Source of the DNA: Octopus vulgaris | Lineage: Eukaryota | Assembly (NCBI GenBank): GCA_951406725.2 | Contig: OX597824.1 | Span: 48,484,001 to 48,548,000, forward strand | Direction: 5' to 3' | DNA: 64,000 nt | Part shown: one piece after another, positions 15,868-28,857 of the stretch | Layout: each line of letters opens with the position of its first letter | How positions within the stretch are numbered: the stretch's first letter is position 1 | The notes under the pieces: generated by a model | The model's database searches: none | Seen by the model: only the letters and a program-made list of their open reading frames with translations | What the model was told of the DNA's origin: nothing | Position numbers and translations under genes: made by a program

Positions 15868-16415
15868 GGATTGCCTGTTGGACACTTTGCAACAAGTATG
15901 GACTTGACAGAGAAAATAAGTGGTACGAACATAAACCCAAAGGCATCATCGAAAATGATAATGCGAAGATCCTATGGGATTTTATGATTCAGTGTGACCA
16001 TGAGATAGAGAATATGAAACCAGACATAGTGTTAATTGAGAAAGAACGCAAACGATGCTGGATCGTAGATATAGCATGCCCAGCTGACAACAAAGTCTGC
16101 GACAAGGAAGAAAGAAAAGTCGATAGATATAACAGGTTAGTTTGGGAGGTTAAGCATTTGTGGTCGCTGTAAAAGGTGGTAGTAGTAGCAATAATTGCCA
16201 GAGCGCTGGGAACAGTGAGTAAAAATCTTGAGGAGTAGATGGAACAAATAAGGGCTGCAATAAGGGTGGAGCACTTGCAGAAGACAGTACTGCTTGGAAC
16301 CGCTCGAATATTCCGGGTGGCGCTCGAAAAATAAAGGGTATTACCTTAGTTCACTGATAGTGAACAGCTGGCACTGTAGTACATCTCCAGCTTTAGAATC
16401 TGTGGAAATACAATA
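15868..16415 (+). mobile_element. R4/Dong LINE 3' end with RLE PD..D motif, flanked by (TAA)n
   Basis: WTLCNKYGL..KWYEHKP...ILWDFMIQCDHEIENMKPDIVLIEK..CWIVDIACPAD..KEERKVDRY, then LQKTVLLGTARIFR; (TAA)n on both sides. Confidence 0.92.
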
Positions 16416-16426
16416 AAGTAATGATG

Positions 16427-16498
<72 letters not shown>

Positions 16499-16550
16499 TA
16501 ATAATAATAATAATAATAATGATGATGATGATAATAATAATGATAATAAC

Positions 16551-16634
<84 letters not shown>

Positions 16635-16682
16635 TATAATAATAATAATAATAATGATGATGATAATAATAATGATAATAAC

Positions 16683-16761
<79 letters not shown>

Positions 16762-16924
16762 GAATAACTGCCCTGATGCAGTGGGTCCCGTGGCTCCTGA
16801 TCTTAACTGATTGGAAGTTTTATTATGTACATTATTTTGTCTTGGTATAAAAGAGGGGCAACAACAAATATTCTGCTCAATACCACAGATTTGTAAACGA
16901 TTCTGCCAGTTCGCCACACTATCG

Positions 16925-17088
<164 letters not shown>

Positions 17089-17109
17089 TGTTTTTTTTTT
17101 GTTTTTTTA

Positions 17110-18556
17110 TATCGTGCTTTCACTTCACTACCGGGCGCAGCTCTGTGTGCCTTGGGTATGTGCTGTGTTTTGTTCTGATGCTCTGATGGATACTGTATTG
17201 AAAGTGTTTTGCGAAGGATGTGGACAGTGCCCAGTAGTGTAATTTTCTGTATGTTATATGTGTTTGTAAGTCCTGGTGTTTTTGTTATATATTTGTCTGA
17301 ATATTTGTTATCGTGCCTAATGTACTTACTATGATAGGAATTGTTTCTGTTTTTAGATTCCACATTCGAGTTACCTCTATTTCCAGATCTTTGTATTTTG
17401 AAAGTTTCTCCATATCTTTTATAGACAAGTTGTCATCTGCCGGTATTGATACATCAATTAGAAAGCATTTTTGTTCCTTCATGATCTCTGATAACTATAT
17501 CTGGTCTGTTGGCCTTAATTTCTCTATCTGTGTGTATTGGCATATCTCAGAGTATGGTTACTTTCTCGTTTTCTGTGACCTTTTCTGGTGTGTGCCTATA
17601 CCATCTTTTTTCTGTTGTCATTCCATAATGTTGGCATAGCTTCCAGTGTATGTAGGTTCCAACTCTGGCATGTCTGTGAATATATTCCTTCTTAGCCAGG
17701 ACTGAGCAGCCAGAGAAAATGTGATTTATTGTTTCTTGTCCATCTCGACATATTCTGCAATTACTTGTTATATTTCTTTTCAATATATGTTTTTGGTAAT
17801 TTCTGGTGGAGAGGCTTTGGTCTTGTCCCTCTATCTCTGCTTTGAGTCCTGAGCTTCTCAACCATTGCTGGGATTTTTCTTCGTCTATTTCTTTTGCATC
17901 TAGTTTAGTCCAGTGTTATAAAGCTGTTCTAAGTTTCACTAAGAAAGCTCAAGCAACAGCATGTTCGACGTTTCCTGATTATTCTGGCCGTGCCAAGGAG
18001 GCAAACCTTTTGTAACAGTTCTACTGGGCACTCTATTCCAATTTCCTTTATATTCCTCCATGAAGTGGCTTTTCTTGCCATCGTTTTATCATGGTCCGTT
18101 GCTGTTCTAGTTTTAGTTTGGATTTCATTTGTTTTAAAGCTTTTCTTCTTCTTCTTCTTCTTCTTCTTCTTCTTCTTCTTCTTCTTCTTCTTCTTCTTCT
18201 TCTTCTTCTTCTTCTTCTTCTTCTTCTTCTTCTTCTTCTTCTTCTTCTTCTTCTTCATATTTGTTAGGTGGTATGATTTCTTGTTTGTCAGCTTCCTTAA
18301 ATACTGAGAACAGTATTTTGTTTTGCTCGTGTTTTGCAGCTATTTGTATCAGTTTTCCTTGCTTCTGAAGTAGGTATTTTGCAGTCCTATGGTGGTTATT
18401 TTATAATAGTTTTCCAACTGTATAAGGCCTCTACAACCTTCTATACGTTGTATATATTGCCTTTCTATGTCAGATTTTGAGTGATGCATCCTAGATCCTG
18501 TCATTATTTTTCTTGTTTTCCTATCTATTTTGGTTAGTTCATTTAGTGTCCAGTTC
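17110..18556 (-). mobile_element. R4/Dong LINE 3' portion, interrupted by (AAG)n and a nested Dong tail
   Basis: NWTLNELTKIDRKTRK, WQEKPLHG, WLRSSGLKAE, CRICRDGQETINHIFSGC..EYIHRH (CCHC), CFLIDVSIPAD..KLSKYKDLEIEV, NIQKITLLGTVHILRK. Confidence 0.93.
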
Positions 18557-18713
18557 ATTTAGGTCAAGTAACTGACAAGTAAATCTGTGGTATCGAGCAG
18601 AATATTTGCTGTAGCCCATCTTTTATACCATGACAAAACAATGTACATGATAACACTTCCAAACAGTTAAGATAAGAAGCCATGAGAGACACTGCCTGGT
18701 ATTGCATCAACGC

Positions 18714-18864
<151 letters not shown>

Positions 18865-19410
18865 GAGGGAGAGAGCAGTGCATGCCATCAAAGTGACACT
18901 GGGGTAAAATATATGAAGCCCAGTATACCCATCATTACTACCTGTCTGATAAGAGTACACCAGGCACGTTCATCACAACCATGTATGCGTGACACGGTGA
19001 TATCATATCAAGATCAACAGTGCATGACCTTGCAGGTGGAGCTCAGTTAGAATTTTCTTCTGGTCAAGTAGCCCATCCTGCTCAAAAGAGCCCTGAACAT
19101 GGATCGTTTAAGGATATTGAACGAAACACCCATGTTTCCAGAGATGAATTATCCAAAGCCCCAAACATTCCTCTCAACACATGACTATGATGCTTCCCCA
19201 CTACTTCTGCTTGTGATCAGAGATGCACGTATCGTCAGCCACTAAGGAACATGCTCAACTGGTTAAGGTCAAGCAACTGACAAGTAAATCTGTGGTATTG
19301 AGCAGAATATTTGCTGTAGCCCATCTTTTATACCAAGTCAAAACGATGTATATGATATCAATGAAGATAAGAAGCTATGAGAGACACTGCCTAGTACTGC
19401 ATCAGGGCAT
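18865..19410 (-). mobile_element. ~545-bp non-coding element bounded by (TAA)n on both sides (putative Dong-mobilised non-autonomous element)
   Basis: Partial copies at 7180-7465, 16768-16900, 18560-18715 and 26935-27085. No ORF; both ends of the full copy abut TAA repeats. Confidence 0.75.
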
Positions 19411-19428
19411 TTATTATTATTATTATTA

Positions 19429-19523
<95 letters not shown>

Positions 19524-19544
19524 GATAAAAACAACAACAACAAC

Positions 19545-19816
19545 AACCAAATTCGAGAAATATGTCACAGAAATCGGAATTGACTTGAAAGCGGAGCAAG
19601 CACCCTCTAAAAAAAACTGCTCTGCTAGGGACAGCTGGGATTTTGAGATTGGTACTTTGGTGTTGTATGTCTTCCACGATAATCAACAACCAAGTCTCAA
19701 AGCTTATAATGTGCAGAGAGAGACCCTGTTAGACATCTGACAGCAGCTTGCTGTCCGTTCTCACAGAATCTACCAGCGCAAACAAGACCGGTCGTTCTGA
19801 GAACTAAAACAACAGC

Positions 19817-19847
<31 letters not shown>

Positions 19848-19880
19848 GCAGCAGCAGCAACAACAGCAACAACAACAACA
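19545..19880 (+). mobile_element. R4/Dong LINE extreme 3' end with (CAA/CAG)n tail
   Basis: KFEKYVTEIGIDLKAEQ..KKTALLGTAGILRLVL. Confidence 0.7.
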
Positions 19881-20029
19881 ACTTCCTCGCGGCGCGTACA
19901 ATCCCTGCATCATTTAACAATGCTATTTAATATTGTTAATATTGAAACATACCTTTACCTATATTATAGATCCTGTTGAGTAGAAGATCGATTTTAATCT
20001 GTTAATCGAATCAAAATGGATTATGTAGC

Positions 20030-20589
20030 CATGTTAAATATCGATATGTTAAATATCAATATGTTAAATATCAATATTTTGCATATCAGTTTTGTTAGAT
20101 ATCAGCTATGTTGTTAGATATCAGTTATGGTAGATATCGATGCGTTAGATATCAATACTTTAGATATCAGCTTTGTTAGATTCTAGCTATGTTAAATATC
20201 AGCTATATTGAATATAGATTTATTAGATATTATTAGATATCAGCTATATTGTTAGATATCAGGTACGTTATGTGAGATACCAGCTACGTTTGATACCAAT
20301 ATGTTGTTAGATATCATATGTTAGATGTCTGTTGAATATCGATATGTTAGATACCAGATATGTTATACATCAGTTATGTGAGATACTAGTATATTCGATA
20401 TCAATCATATCAGATGTCAGTAAACAACTTTCGATATATAAAGATCACTAAGTAACTTGTTTCCCAACCACATGGTTTCGGGTTCAGTCCCACTGCGTGG
20501 CACCTTGAGCAAGTGTATTCTACTATAACCCCCGGCCGACCAAAGCCTAATGAGTGGATTTGGTTGACAGAAACTGAAAGAAGCCCATC

Positions 20590-20642
<53 letters not shown>

Positions 20643-21250
20643 GAGTGTGGCTTTGTGTCTGCGCTTGTTTCCCAACCATCGCTTGACAACCGATATTGGT
20701 GTGTTTACGTCCCCGTAACTTAGCAGTTCAGCAAAAGAACCGCGATAGAATAAGTACTAGGCTTACAAAGAATATGTCCTGGGCTAGATTTCTTCGGCTA
20801 AAAGGCGGGGCTCTAGCTTGACTGCAGTCAAATGACTGAAACACGTAAAAGAATAAAAGAATCTTGTTAGATAACAGCAATGTTAGACTTCAATATGTTC
20901 TTAGATATCTGCATGTCATACAATCTAGCTTTGTTGAATCTCACTATTTAGTTAAGTATCAGTGTTGTTAAATATCAGAATCTTGGTAGATATCAGCAAT
21001 TGTTAGATATCAGTAAACTAGATATCAGAGGTATTAGATATTAGTATGCTAGATATCAATATGTTGTTTGATATCAGCGATTGTTAGATATCAATATGAT
21101 ATCGATTAATATGTTGGAATGACATATAAGATTTGTCAGATATCAATATGTTAGATACCATCTATGTTGAATATCAGCTTATATATCCATATTAGTTAGT
21201 ATGTTATATATCAGTACGTTGGCATCACCCCTATTAGATAACAGTTATGT
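20030..21250. repeat. degenerate GATATC-core minisatellite (~14-17 bp unit, TGTTAGATATCARYW) split by a SINE
   Basis: Dozens of TGTTA(G/A)ATATC units on both sides of the SINE at 20440-20861. Confidence 0.85.
20440..20861 (+). mobile_element. SINE family A with internal (TA)n
   Basis: CCCAACCACATGGTTTCGGGTTCAGTCCCACTGCGTGGCACC head; tail GCAGTCAAATGACTGAAAC..AAAAGAATAAAAGAAT. Confidence 0.9.
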
Positions 21251-21567
21251 TTTATACTGATTCTACTGAAGTTACTTACCAAGTTACAAAACAAATTCTA
21301 CAAGGAGACATCAAAAGCCTGAATATATCAAGTCATTTGACCCGTTATCTAGTCTTGGATAGCAGCCAACTCTTCTTTACATAACACTCTTCCGTCCTTA
21401 AAATTGGAGGATACATTACACAGAGTGGTCTAGTGTGCACTACTGTTAGATATCTAGAGAAAAAAACCAAACGAAATGGTCACAGTTAGAATGCCTTTAT
21501 GAGGGCCAATTTATGACTAAATAAGATCTCCCACTCTCTTTTTCTATTTATTTCTCTCTCTCTCTCT

Positions 21568-21618
<51 letters not shown>

Positions 21619-21830
21619 GATAGATATAAACATGTATGTACGTATGTATTTGTGTGTGTCTGCGTTTGTCAACCTATGCTGGTGTGTTTATGTCCCCGTA
21701 ACTTAGTGATAGTATAAGCACTAAACTTACAAAGAATAAGTCTTGGGATCGATTTCTTCGGCTAAAACCATTTAAGGCGATGCTCCGGCATGGCCGTAGT
21801 CAAATGACTGAAACAAATAAAAGAATAAAA

Positions 21831-21878
<48 letters not shown>

Positions 21879-23338
21879 CTTTCTACCTGCCAACATGTCT
21901 GTCTGCCTTTGAGGCTGATTGAATGTTGCACTGTCCATGTGTCTGTTTAATTTAGACAGTTATCCACTCCTTGTCGTTCGTCTTTCCTATATTCTTTCCC
22001 ATGTAAATATTTTCCTGTATATTGTTTGTCATACTTCAGTGGGATTCTTCCTGAATCTTTTACATTAAAGCAACTTCAGTTATGATCTAATCACTCAGAA
22101 AGTTATCAATCTTAAATTTATGGCTTTTATAATTTTCTTTAAGTATTCAACAGTGTAAGTGTAGGGTTGTGACTTCAACTGCAATTCGAAAGCTACTTGG
22201 ATTCTTACTATACGAGCTACTTAAGTTTTGGGTTATTAACTTCCACTAATTGTATCTGAGTAATTAACTTGCGTGTTCATTCCTCATTCGCTTTATACTT
22301 AGACATCTTTGTTAAGCTTCCGTATTGGATCGAAAAATAATTAAGAACTGATTATGATAGACCCTCCCAACCTCCCCACTTCATGAATTATCATGTTATT
22401 ATATACCGAAATCAATAATTTTGTTAGTTAAGCTTTTTATTACGTTAGTCATTAATAAGACTCCCAATCATGTATGTTGCTAATTATCCTATGAGAAAAG
22501 AGCAGCCATGTTTATTGTGAGATGATGATTACATAATTACTTGTTGGAAAGAAACACGAATATATGAAGCCTATTATGTCTTTGGGGAGTCATGATGTTT
22601 GTCGTCTTCGTAAATACATTTGTGAATTAAGTGAGTTGAAAGAGATCCTCATGTATGGCCTTCTCCATGTATTTGGAAGGAATTGAAGTCAGTACTGCAA
22701 ACGAATCATTTGTCAAAGCCACGGAACTACAGATTCTTTAATGCTTGCTTCTTTTACTCTGTTGTGTCTTCTCAATTTGTTCAAATTGGCTGTTACGAGT
22801 TCAATTCATTGTCTATGATTTCAGTGAAACGTTGGTGCAAATAGCCTGGCTGATTATCTGCCGTCCTGTTTATCTGGCATAGCTGCTCGAGCATAAGCAA
22901 CATCAGTGAAGGGAGGTAGTTAGTCGATGACGTCGGCCTCAGTATTTAAATGGTAATCCATCCTATCAATCACTTAAAATTTAAAAGACAAAGTGGAATT
23001 CGGTAGAATATTAGAAAATCAGAAGGAATCCTGCAAGGATATATATGTATGCGTGCGTGTATTTATATAACATGTAAATACATGTTTATATGTATGTATG
23101 TATGCGTACATACATATGTGTATACATACATGCATACATATGTGTATACACCCACACACTTACACACACATATACACACACGCATATATATATATATATA
23201 TATCTATATATATACATACATGCATACACACATACATACATACACACACATACATACATACATACATACATACATACATACTTACATACATACATAAATA
23301 CATACATACATACATACATACATACATACATACATACA

Positions 23339-23369
<31 letters not shown>

Positions 23370-24038
23370 GCTACAGAACCTCCCAAAATTCAACACCGAT
23401 ATCTAAACATAATCTAAGCCAAATTAGATTACCTGTGAAGAAAACCAAACAATAGTGATCTCACACTACGAATCTACAAAGACTTTTCACTTTATAAGAG
23501 TGAAGGACAACGCAAAATGACGAGACTAATACATAAGAAATTCACAGTCAGGCATAATATATGTGTATTCCCCTCATCAGCTCCCAAACGGATATCACTA
23601 TGATTTCGACACCATTCAGTTCGTCAGTGTCAACAGCATTAAAAGTATAAACGCTGCTTGGGAATCCACCGGCTTGGGGATCCACTACAAGTAACAACAG
23701 CAGAGTAAACAAATAGTGATAACTTATTGCTGCAAAATAGTACTTATAACAAAGTGTTTATTCCAAAAAGGAAATTCAAACAATACAGCAAACATAGACT
23801 TCTAGATATATTGGTTCTCATTGAACGTCATATCAAGAACATGATATCACACCAAAATCAAGCCTAATAAAGATTAGTGGAACATTACATCACGTAAACA
23901 ACTATGTTGAAAGAAAAGGCCAAGCTTAGATCAATATCTACGAAACAAGTTCAATACTATGAAATAATATTAACCAAATAAATTGCTCATTAAAGGTAAA
24001 ACAATAAAATAAAAAGGTAAATATAATTAAATTAAATA

Positions 24039-24080
<42 letters not shown>

Positions 24081-25101
24081 AATATAGATCTATAATTAAA
24101 GTAAATTATGGCGGTGCATCAGCATGGTCGCAGCTCTGAGCTGAAACTACAGAAAAAAAAGAAACTAATAACACGTCCTAAATGCAAAAAAAAAGCAAAC
24201 TAAATAATCCATTATAATTAAAAACTGCCAATGGACTTGCTACTTGGGAATAACTCAAATTATCTATAATTATAAAATTAAAACATATGTAATTTAAATC
24301 AACGTATACACTTACAACTAAGAATATTGAAACTACTAAAATAAAAATACTATCGAAATAATGCTATATATAACGAAATCTTACGTGTTGCAGAGAAATT
24401 AACGGAAAACATGTTCACGTCTTAACCCTACTCTGCCAAAGATCCGAAAAATTGATGCCTGTCAACAGGTGGAAGTCAATCCGAATTACCCAATGGAAGA
24501 GATGTTGTACCCTATAGAAAATGACGGCTACACAGCAGGAGTAAATGACAACCAGCCTCAAAACACCAGAGTAAAAGGCTAACACTCCTTACAATTCCAG
24601 GCTCAACTGAAAACTCGAGATCATTCCATACATTCTCAAAACCTCACTATGTTTACATAAACAATAATTAAAACATTTAACCAACCTTTTACTACTGTAA
24701 TCTTATTTTTACCTGTGCGCCTTTAACGTATTAACCTATCCAAAAACATTCCAACATTATTTATAATTCTATCATATCTAATGACCTGACTGAAAAACAC
24801 GTTATAATCCATCCATAGAGGAATTCTACTACACTCCTAATGCAATGATGTAATGTAGAAATTAGATGTTTTATTGTAAATACTCGTTTCGACCTTAATA
24901 TTTTCTCACACTCAAATTGTTAACTTCTTTTACGGAGTCACCATTTCTACTTGCCTCGGGATTCTCCGGATATATTTTACTCAGCAAATATTCAAAATGC
25001 CTATAGTTAGGAATAAAAATATCATAGATAAATCTGCAGCATTCAGTGAGTTGTTTGACCAAACCTATCTTTTTTCTTCGGTATAAATCATTAAGAAAGA
25101 T

Positions 25102-25455
25102 TTATGCAAGGTTTACACGGACTCAGATGTCTTCACTTATGTAGGGGCCTCATCCTCAAGATTGTCTTTGCGTGTCTCCAACCATTACGCAACTTTTCGG
25201 GACATGAACAAGCGCCAGACCACGGGACTCAGTAAGCTAATATGGCGACTGAAGGATACGAACTTAAGCTACAGGCTGGAATGGTCCATTTTGTCGGTGG
25301 CCCTCCCATTTGATAGGGGCAGAAGGCAGTGCAACCTTTGTGTCTCCGAACTCTTCCATATTTTGTTTGCCAGAGGCCAGATGGTAAACGGGCTTTTACA
25401 GTCGGCTTTCCGATGCCCCCATTGGCGGCGTTACACTTATCTGGCTTTTAAATAG
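25102..25455 (+). pseudogene. GIY-YIG endonuclease domain of a Penelope-like retroelement (5'-truncated)
   Basis: ORF 25162-25455 extends upstream in frame to the YVG motif; conserved R, NH, E and N positions are present. Confidence 0.85.
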
Positions 25456-26048
25456 CGTTTATAAATAATACCGGCACCCATAGCCCTTGGTAACAAATTC
25501 TGAAATAGCCTTTAAGATATCTACGATTAACCACTGCAAGGGGAATTACTCCTGTAAGACAAACGGGGCTTGGTTTTTTCACAGCGGGGGTTTCCTTGAC
25601 AAGGCAGGCTTAGATGAACACACACACACATAAAACATGATATATATATTTTTTTTTTCTGCCACCCAACGGTTATCACGGCAGTAGCCACTGACAGCCG
25701 AACGATCAAACGCACACACGTACACAAAAAATGTTTTCTACCCCTACGCCAACACACACATATATAGAACAGTATACACACACACACGTCTCTAAGTAGA
25801 TTTTTTCTCGCCCCTTATAAAACATCCAATATTCTTTAAATAGTCAGAACTTTATTCTCGGTCACAAAGAACATCTACGCACCCTCACCCACATGATTGA
25901 CCGATGCTTGACCCGTTGAATTCTTCAGCCACCGGTTCTCAACATACACTGATAAACAGTTTCGCCATGGGCTCTTAGGAGCATAGTTCGATTTGTTTTT
26001 GCTCCGCCTCTGTTCTGTTTTTGTTTTTCCAACGGATTTCCTATTTTC

Positions 26049-26128
26049 TTCCTGAAGAGAAAGACACAATATGGTCCCATTATTCCATCGGATTTTGGTA
26101 ATTTGTGCCTTTCGAAACACGTGTAGAA
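26049..26128 (+). ncRNA. type I hammerhead ribozyme (intact core)
   Basis: TTC-CTGAAGA-[GAAAGACACAA...TTGTGCCTTTC stem II, 10/11 pairs]-GAAA-C-ACGT-GTA^GAA. Stem III is the palindrome ACACGTGT; predicted cleavage after 26125. Confidence 0.85.
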
Positions 26129-26342
26129 TGAAATAAAACGATTTCTGTTCAATCTGCGTTCAGCTCCATTTCTTCAATTCACCAATAATGTTCTAATTTC
26201 AATTATCCGCACCAACGCACGGTTGCAACACCATATGGTTGTACCTCCAACCGTGCTGTTTTACTGCTGTGATTTTTGCTACTAAGGTATCGGTTAAACT
26301 TTTGATTAATCTACTACAAGATTATTCATCTTTCTATTTCAC

Positions 26343-26382
<40 letters not shown>

Positions 26383-26387
26383 TTAAT

Positions 26388-26850
<463 letters not shown>

Positions 26851-27876
26851 CTGGACGTCAATGTTTTCAAACTGACCTATTTTCCATTACATTTCAGACA
26901 GATTCAGTGCTGAGTTGATGAAGCAGAAATACCGATATAGCAAATATTCTGCTCAATACCACAGATTTGTATGTCAATTGCTTGACCTTAAACACTTGAG
27001 CGTGTCCCTTAGTGGCTGATAATATGTGCATCTCTGATGATGAACAGGTATAGTGGGGGAGGGATTCTTTCGGGTTTGAATAAATGTAACAAAAGCAAAG
27101 TATGAAGGAAATATTAGCTATTTTTCATACTTTCTAGGGGTAAGCAAATAGGTAACAGATACCACCCAAGGACAGAAAGGTGTTATGATTGAAGGTACTT
27201 CCTTTCTATTTACATATGTGTTTGTAGCTAAGATCTACCCTGGGTAGACGATAGAGTCGGTAGGGCTAAATTGTTTTAGTTCGGTAGAACGTCCAATATA
27301 TACGTAATTTTCGTTTCTAGTGAATATATCACCCGACCCAGTAAATCTAACATCTTTATTTTAATAACCGTTTCTGATTTAGGCATTGGGTTAGTAATTT
27401 TGATTACAGGACCCCAATAAAATAATGTACCGCTTAGTACATTATTTTCTTGGCCTTGGATGGATGAAAGATAAAGTCGAACTCAGCGGGGATTGGACTC
27501 AGAACGTAAAAAAGTCGCAAGAAATACCGCAAAGTATGAATGCATTCCGTCGCCCTAACGATTCTGCCAGCTACCCAACTTAATTGGTAACAAACTGACG
27601 TCAGAGTTCTTATCTAAGAATTATTTCAGGATTCTTTTTGCAAACAATGCGTAGTATATGTGTGTGTGTGTGTGTGTGTATGCATATGTATGAATGTAAA
27701 TGTTTGTGAGTGTATGGATGCTTCTATATGTGTGTGTATGTCTGTATGTGTGTGTGTGTGTATGTCTGTATGTCTGTGTGTGCGTGTGTATTGTGTATGT
27801 GTGTGTGTGTCTGTTTTTGTGAGTGTACATATTATTATATGTAAATATGTATAATGTAAGTATATGTACGTATTGA

Positions 27877-27926
<50 letters not shown>

Positions 27927-28374
27927 CATATATATATACATACATACGCACATACATACATGCATACATAAAAAAATACTCATATTCATACATATGTATA
28001 TGTGTGCGTGTGTTTGTGTCTGTGTGTACGGGTGTGGGTGCGCGCGCGGTCTTGGTCAAATGTCTGAATATACTGTTAAAGATATTTCGTACTAATTGAA
28101 GATGTTGAAGAAAAAGAAACGGGATATACTTTGAGATAATAGAAGCAAATAACCTGAGCGCAATTCACAAAAGTACAAATACCAAAGCGATATAGCTTAA
28201 TACTTAGCATGATACCCTTAACCTTTAAGATACCATGGACGCCTTCAGGTGTAATTTCCAATAAAATTTAACAGTAATCTGGGATTATCTAGTATCCATG
28301 TCTACAATGTTTTCTCTATGAAATCCGAAATTTACGATGCATTATAAACTGCATTTTTTTATGCGAATACATGT

Positions 28375-28857
28375 AATTGCTATTATGTTAAACTGTCGTA
28401 TGTCCAAATTTGGCCAAATACATTTTTTTTTTCAATATTTATTTTTGCTTAGGGCGGAGAGCTGGCTGAATCGTTAGCATACTGGATGAAATGCTTAGCG
28501 GTATTTCGGCTGCCGTAACGTTCTGAGTTCAAATTCCACCTTTCATCCTTTTGGGGTCGATTAAAAAAGTACCAGTTACGCACTGGGGACGAAATCGACT
28601 TAATCCCTTTGTTTGTCCCCCTCTATGTTTAGCCCCCTCCCCCCGTGGACAATAAAGGAATAAATATTTATTTTTGCTTGCAATAGCCGGTTCATTTGAT
28701 CAAACTATCGTATCTCCAGCTGCTTCAGATACCAAGATATGAAAAGTTGCCAAAGTCTAGTAAAACGGTTTTCCTGTAGAATGGTAAAACTATGTTTTCA
28801 TTTTCTGAAAAAGTAACGTTTTGGACTTACGACACTTTTGCATAACAACAACGATAT
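28375..28857. mobile_element. non-autonomous DNA transposon remnant carrying a SINE
   Basis: Imperfect inverted ends TTATGTTAAACTGTCGTATGTCCAAA / TTTGGACTTACGACACTTTTGCATAAC. Confidence 0.5.
28451..28662 (+). mobile_element. SINE family B with 17-bp target-site duplication
   Basis: AATATTTATTTTTGCTT at 28434-28450 and 28663-28679; head GGCGGAGAGCTGGCTGAATCGTTAGC; B-box GAGTTCAAATTC. Confidence 0.92.

Larger units (their letters stand above)
25080..26345 (+). mobile_element. Penelope-like element 3' portion: GIY-YIG endonuclease plus pLTR
   Basis: In frame LCKVYTDSDVFTYVGASSSRLSLRVSNHY...TGLSKLIWRLK..LEWSIL..CNLCVSE..N..CPH. This is a GIY-YIG domain with the CxLC/CxH motif seen in Naiad/Chlamys-like PLEs. 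A hammerhead motif follows and the element ends in (TA)n. Confidence 0.85.

Noticed and set aside
15582-16172. 196-aa ORF with poly-N/D fused to a nuclease-like domain
   Set aside because: A chance read-through from the MITE end across (AAT/GAT)n into a Dong LINE fragment; not a gene.
16420-16760. Higher-order duplication inside the (TAA)n tract
   Set aside because: Explained by slippage or unequal exchange, or by assembly of simple repeats; no evidence of function.
20030-21250. Repeat array considered as CRISPR-like
   Set aside because: Units are short, degenerate and contiguous, with no unique spacers or cas genes, in a eukaryotic context.
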